Assembly (NCBI GenBank): GCA_039621445.1
Contig: CP154954.1
Location: forward strand, 36,937,703-37,001,702
Reading direction: 5' to 3'
From: Euglena gracilis
Taxonomy: Eukaryota
Length of the DNA: 64,000 nucleotides
Part shown: piece by piece, positions 62,060-64,000 of the stretch
How positions within the stretch are numbered: position 1 is the stretch's first letter
How the letters are laid out: each line of letters begins with the position of its first letter
Notes under the pieces: model-generated
Databases searched by the model: none
Seen by the model: only the letters and a program-made list of their open reading frames with translations
What the model was told of the DNA's origin: nothing
Made by a program: the position numbers and the translations under genes

Positions 62060-64000
62060 CCCCCAACCCCCAAATTGTGATTTATGACTCCCCCGAAGGC
62101 AAAAAAATGCTGAGGAATCAAAAGGCAAAAATGTGCCAAAATTGTTGTGCTGAAAAAAAACAGGTGTGGGGTAGCCTGGCACTGAGGGGTTTTGGCAAAA
62201 TCCCGTGAAATTGCCCAAAATATTTTGTTTTACCCCTCTGGTGCGCAAGTCAGGGGTATTTTTTGGGACGGCTTTTTTGGCCACACACCAAACCTCGACT
62301 TATAACCCCCATCGCTTTGGACCGATGAAGAAAGTTAGTGGGGGTTTCAGAATTCCAAAAATGTCCAAAACAGCGGTCGTAGTATTTTTTTTATTTTTGT
62401 TTGACGTGTGTTTGCCCCCCTCCCCCATCCGGCATTCTTGTGTTTCCGGAGGCGCTGATTTTGGGCCAAGCTTTTGTTTTGGCGCGGACGGAATTTTTTT
62501 GTGTGGTGGGGTCGGGTCGTATCCCTCCCCTCAGCAGGCTTTCCCTTACAGCCCTGGGTTGGTTTGAGTCGGGGTCTGGGGCCGAGACCCCCCACCCCCT
62601 GGGTCAGGGTTAGCTTAAGCCGGAGGGACCCAAGGGGGGGGGGTCCAGCCAGGCAGCAGCTCCCAGCTGGCCTGCAAACCCTCCTGGTATCGTCCAAAGA
62701 AAGTTGGACCGGAAACAGGGGTTCAAAAACATGGCCGAAAAACTGCTGTTTTTGAAGCCCCCCACCCACCCACCCCCCGGGGGCCCAGGGGGGACGGGCA
62801 ACTCACTCATTTTTCCCCGAAAATGGCCAAAGATCGCGAAAATGCTAAAAATATCACCTTTTTCAAAAACTTTCGGTGCCGAAAAGTATATCCAACCCCC
62901 CCCCCCCAGGGTTGGATGGGAAGCCCTTCGGTCTTGAGGTAGGTGGTGGGGGGGTCCCGACCACCCCCCACCCCCCCCCGGGGCAAGGTGGTGGGGGGGG
63001 TCTGGACCACCCCCCCCCCCTAGACGTCCGGACCCCCACCCCCCTCCTTCACAGGTGCCAAAAATAGCAGAAAATTTTCTTCCGGTGCTGTGCGCCGGAA
63101 AATGAGCAAGAAACACCTCTTTTGCTGACTTTTGGCCATATTGCCCATTTTCTTTGATGTGTTCGTGTTTTCCCCCCCCCAAAAAAATGTTCAAAAGTTT
63201 CAAAAAACGAGCATTTTTGGATCGATTTTCAAAGAAAAATCAGGGATTTTTGACCGATTTCGACCCAATTTCCGGCCTTTTGCCCGTCCATGAAATGAAA
63301 ACTCCCCCCCCCCCCAGTTTCGAGGCACCCCCCCCCTCCGTGTCGGGAGGGGGGTCCGACCCACCCCCTCTCAAGGCTTCCCATCCAACCCTCCCCCCCC
63401 CCCCCCTGCCAAGGGGGGTCCAGCCGTGCCTGCATTTTTTCCAGCCAGGAGCTCCCAACCGGGCTGTGGACCCGCCCTCAGGGTCCGCTGGGGACTTTTC
63501 TAGGCAAGGGCCTAGAAAAGAAACCTCATACACTTGCATTTTCTCCCACATCCATCCCCCCATTCTCAGGTGACAGCCGAGAGGATGGCCATGTGTGGGT
63601 GTGGCACCCAGCTCTGCTGGCCATGGGGAGATGGATGGAATTACGTTGTTTTTATGACGGCGACAGCGGCACCATGCGATGCCCAGATGGCCTGGCCAGG
63701 TGGTGGGTGGTGAGGGTGCGGTGTGGTGCGGTATGGGTGTGGGGTGGGTGTTGTTTCCGAGTGCCAATGTGTGAGCAGAGTTTAAAAATCATTGATGGGA
63801 TTCAATCCCCCAACCCCAATCCCTCCGATTGAGTGATGCCCATTGATCACCTTGTTGTGGTCAATATGGCCCCCTCTGACGTTGCCTTTGGTTTTGGCTT
63901 TGATGGACCATCGCTGCTGACAGCCACCTGGGCCAGGGCTGGGCTTTTGGATTGCCTGTGTGTGCGTGTGTGTTGTGTGTGCGCGCGCGCGCGTGTGTGT

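Overview
Repeat-rich eukaryotic DNA (protist-like; the euglenozoan look is only a guess). I found no confident host gene. The core is a nested set of retroelements. A DIRS-type tyrosine-recombinase element (~7930-35644, with terminal inverted repeats and an internal complementary region, ICR) is split by two LTR elements. Element A (8510-14905, TSD CCAC) is non-autonomous and carries a decayed C5 DNA-methyltransferase. Element B (15573-32137, TSD AGAAG) is a young 16.5-kb chromovirus-like Ty3/Gypsy element. It has apparently identical LTRs with non-canonical TG...CT ends, a UAG-plus-hairpin gag/pol readthrough signal, a Dam-like N6-adenine MTase domain fused ahead of RT, and a large extra 3' ORF with Zn-finger motifs. 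A decayed minus-strand Gypsy element C (~35940-42967) encodes an N6-adenine MTase and a C5-cytosine MTase in tandem between gag and protease; this is the strongest candidate for an undescribed system. The flanks are tandem/segmental duplications, foldback repeats, microsatellites and many CAG...CTG MITEs with 8-bp TSDs.
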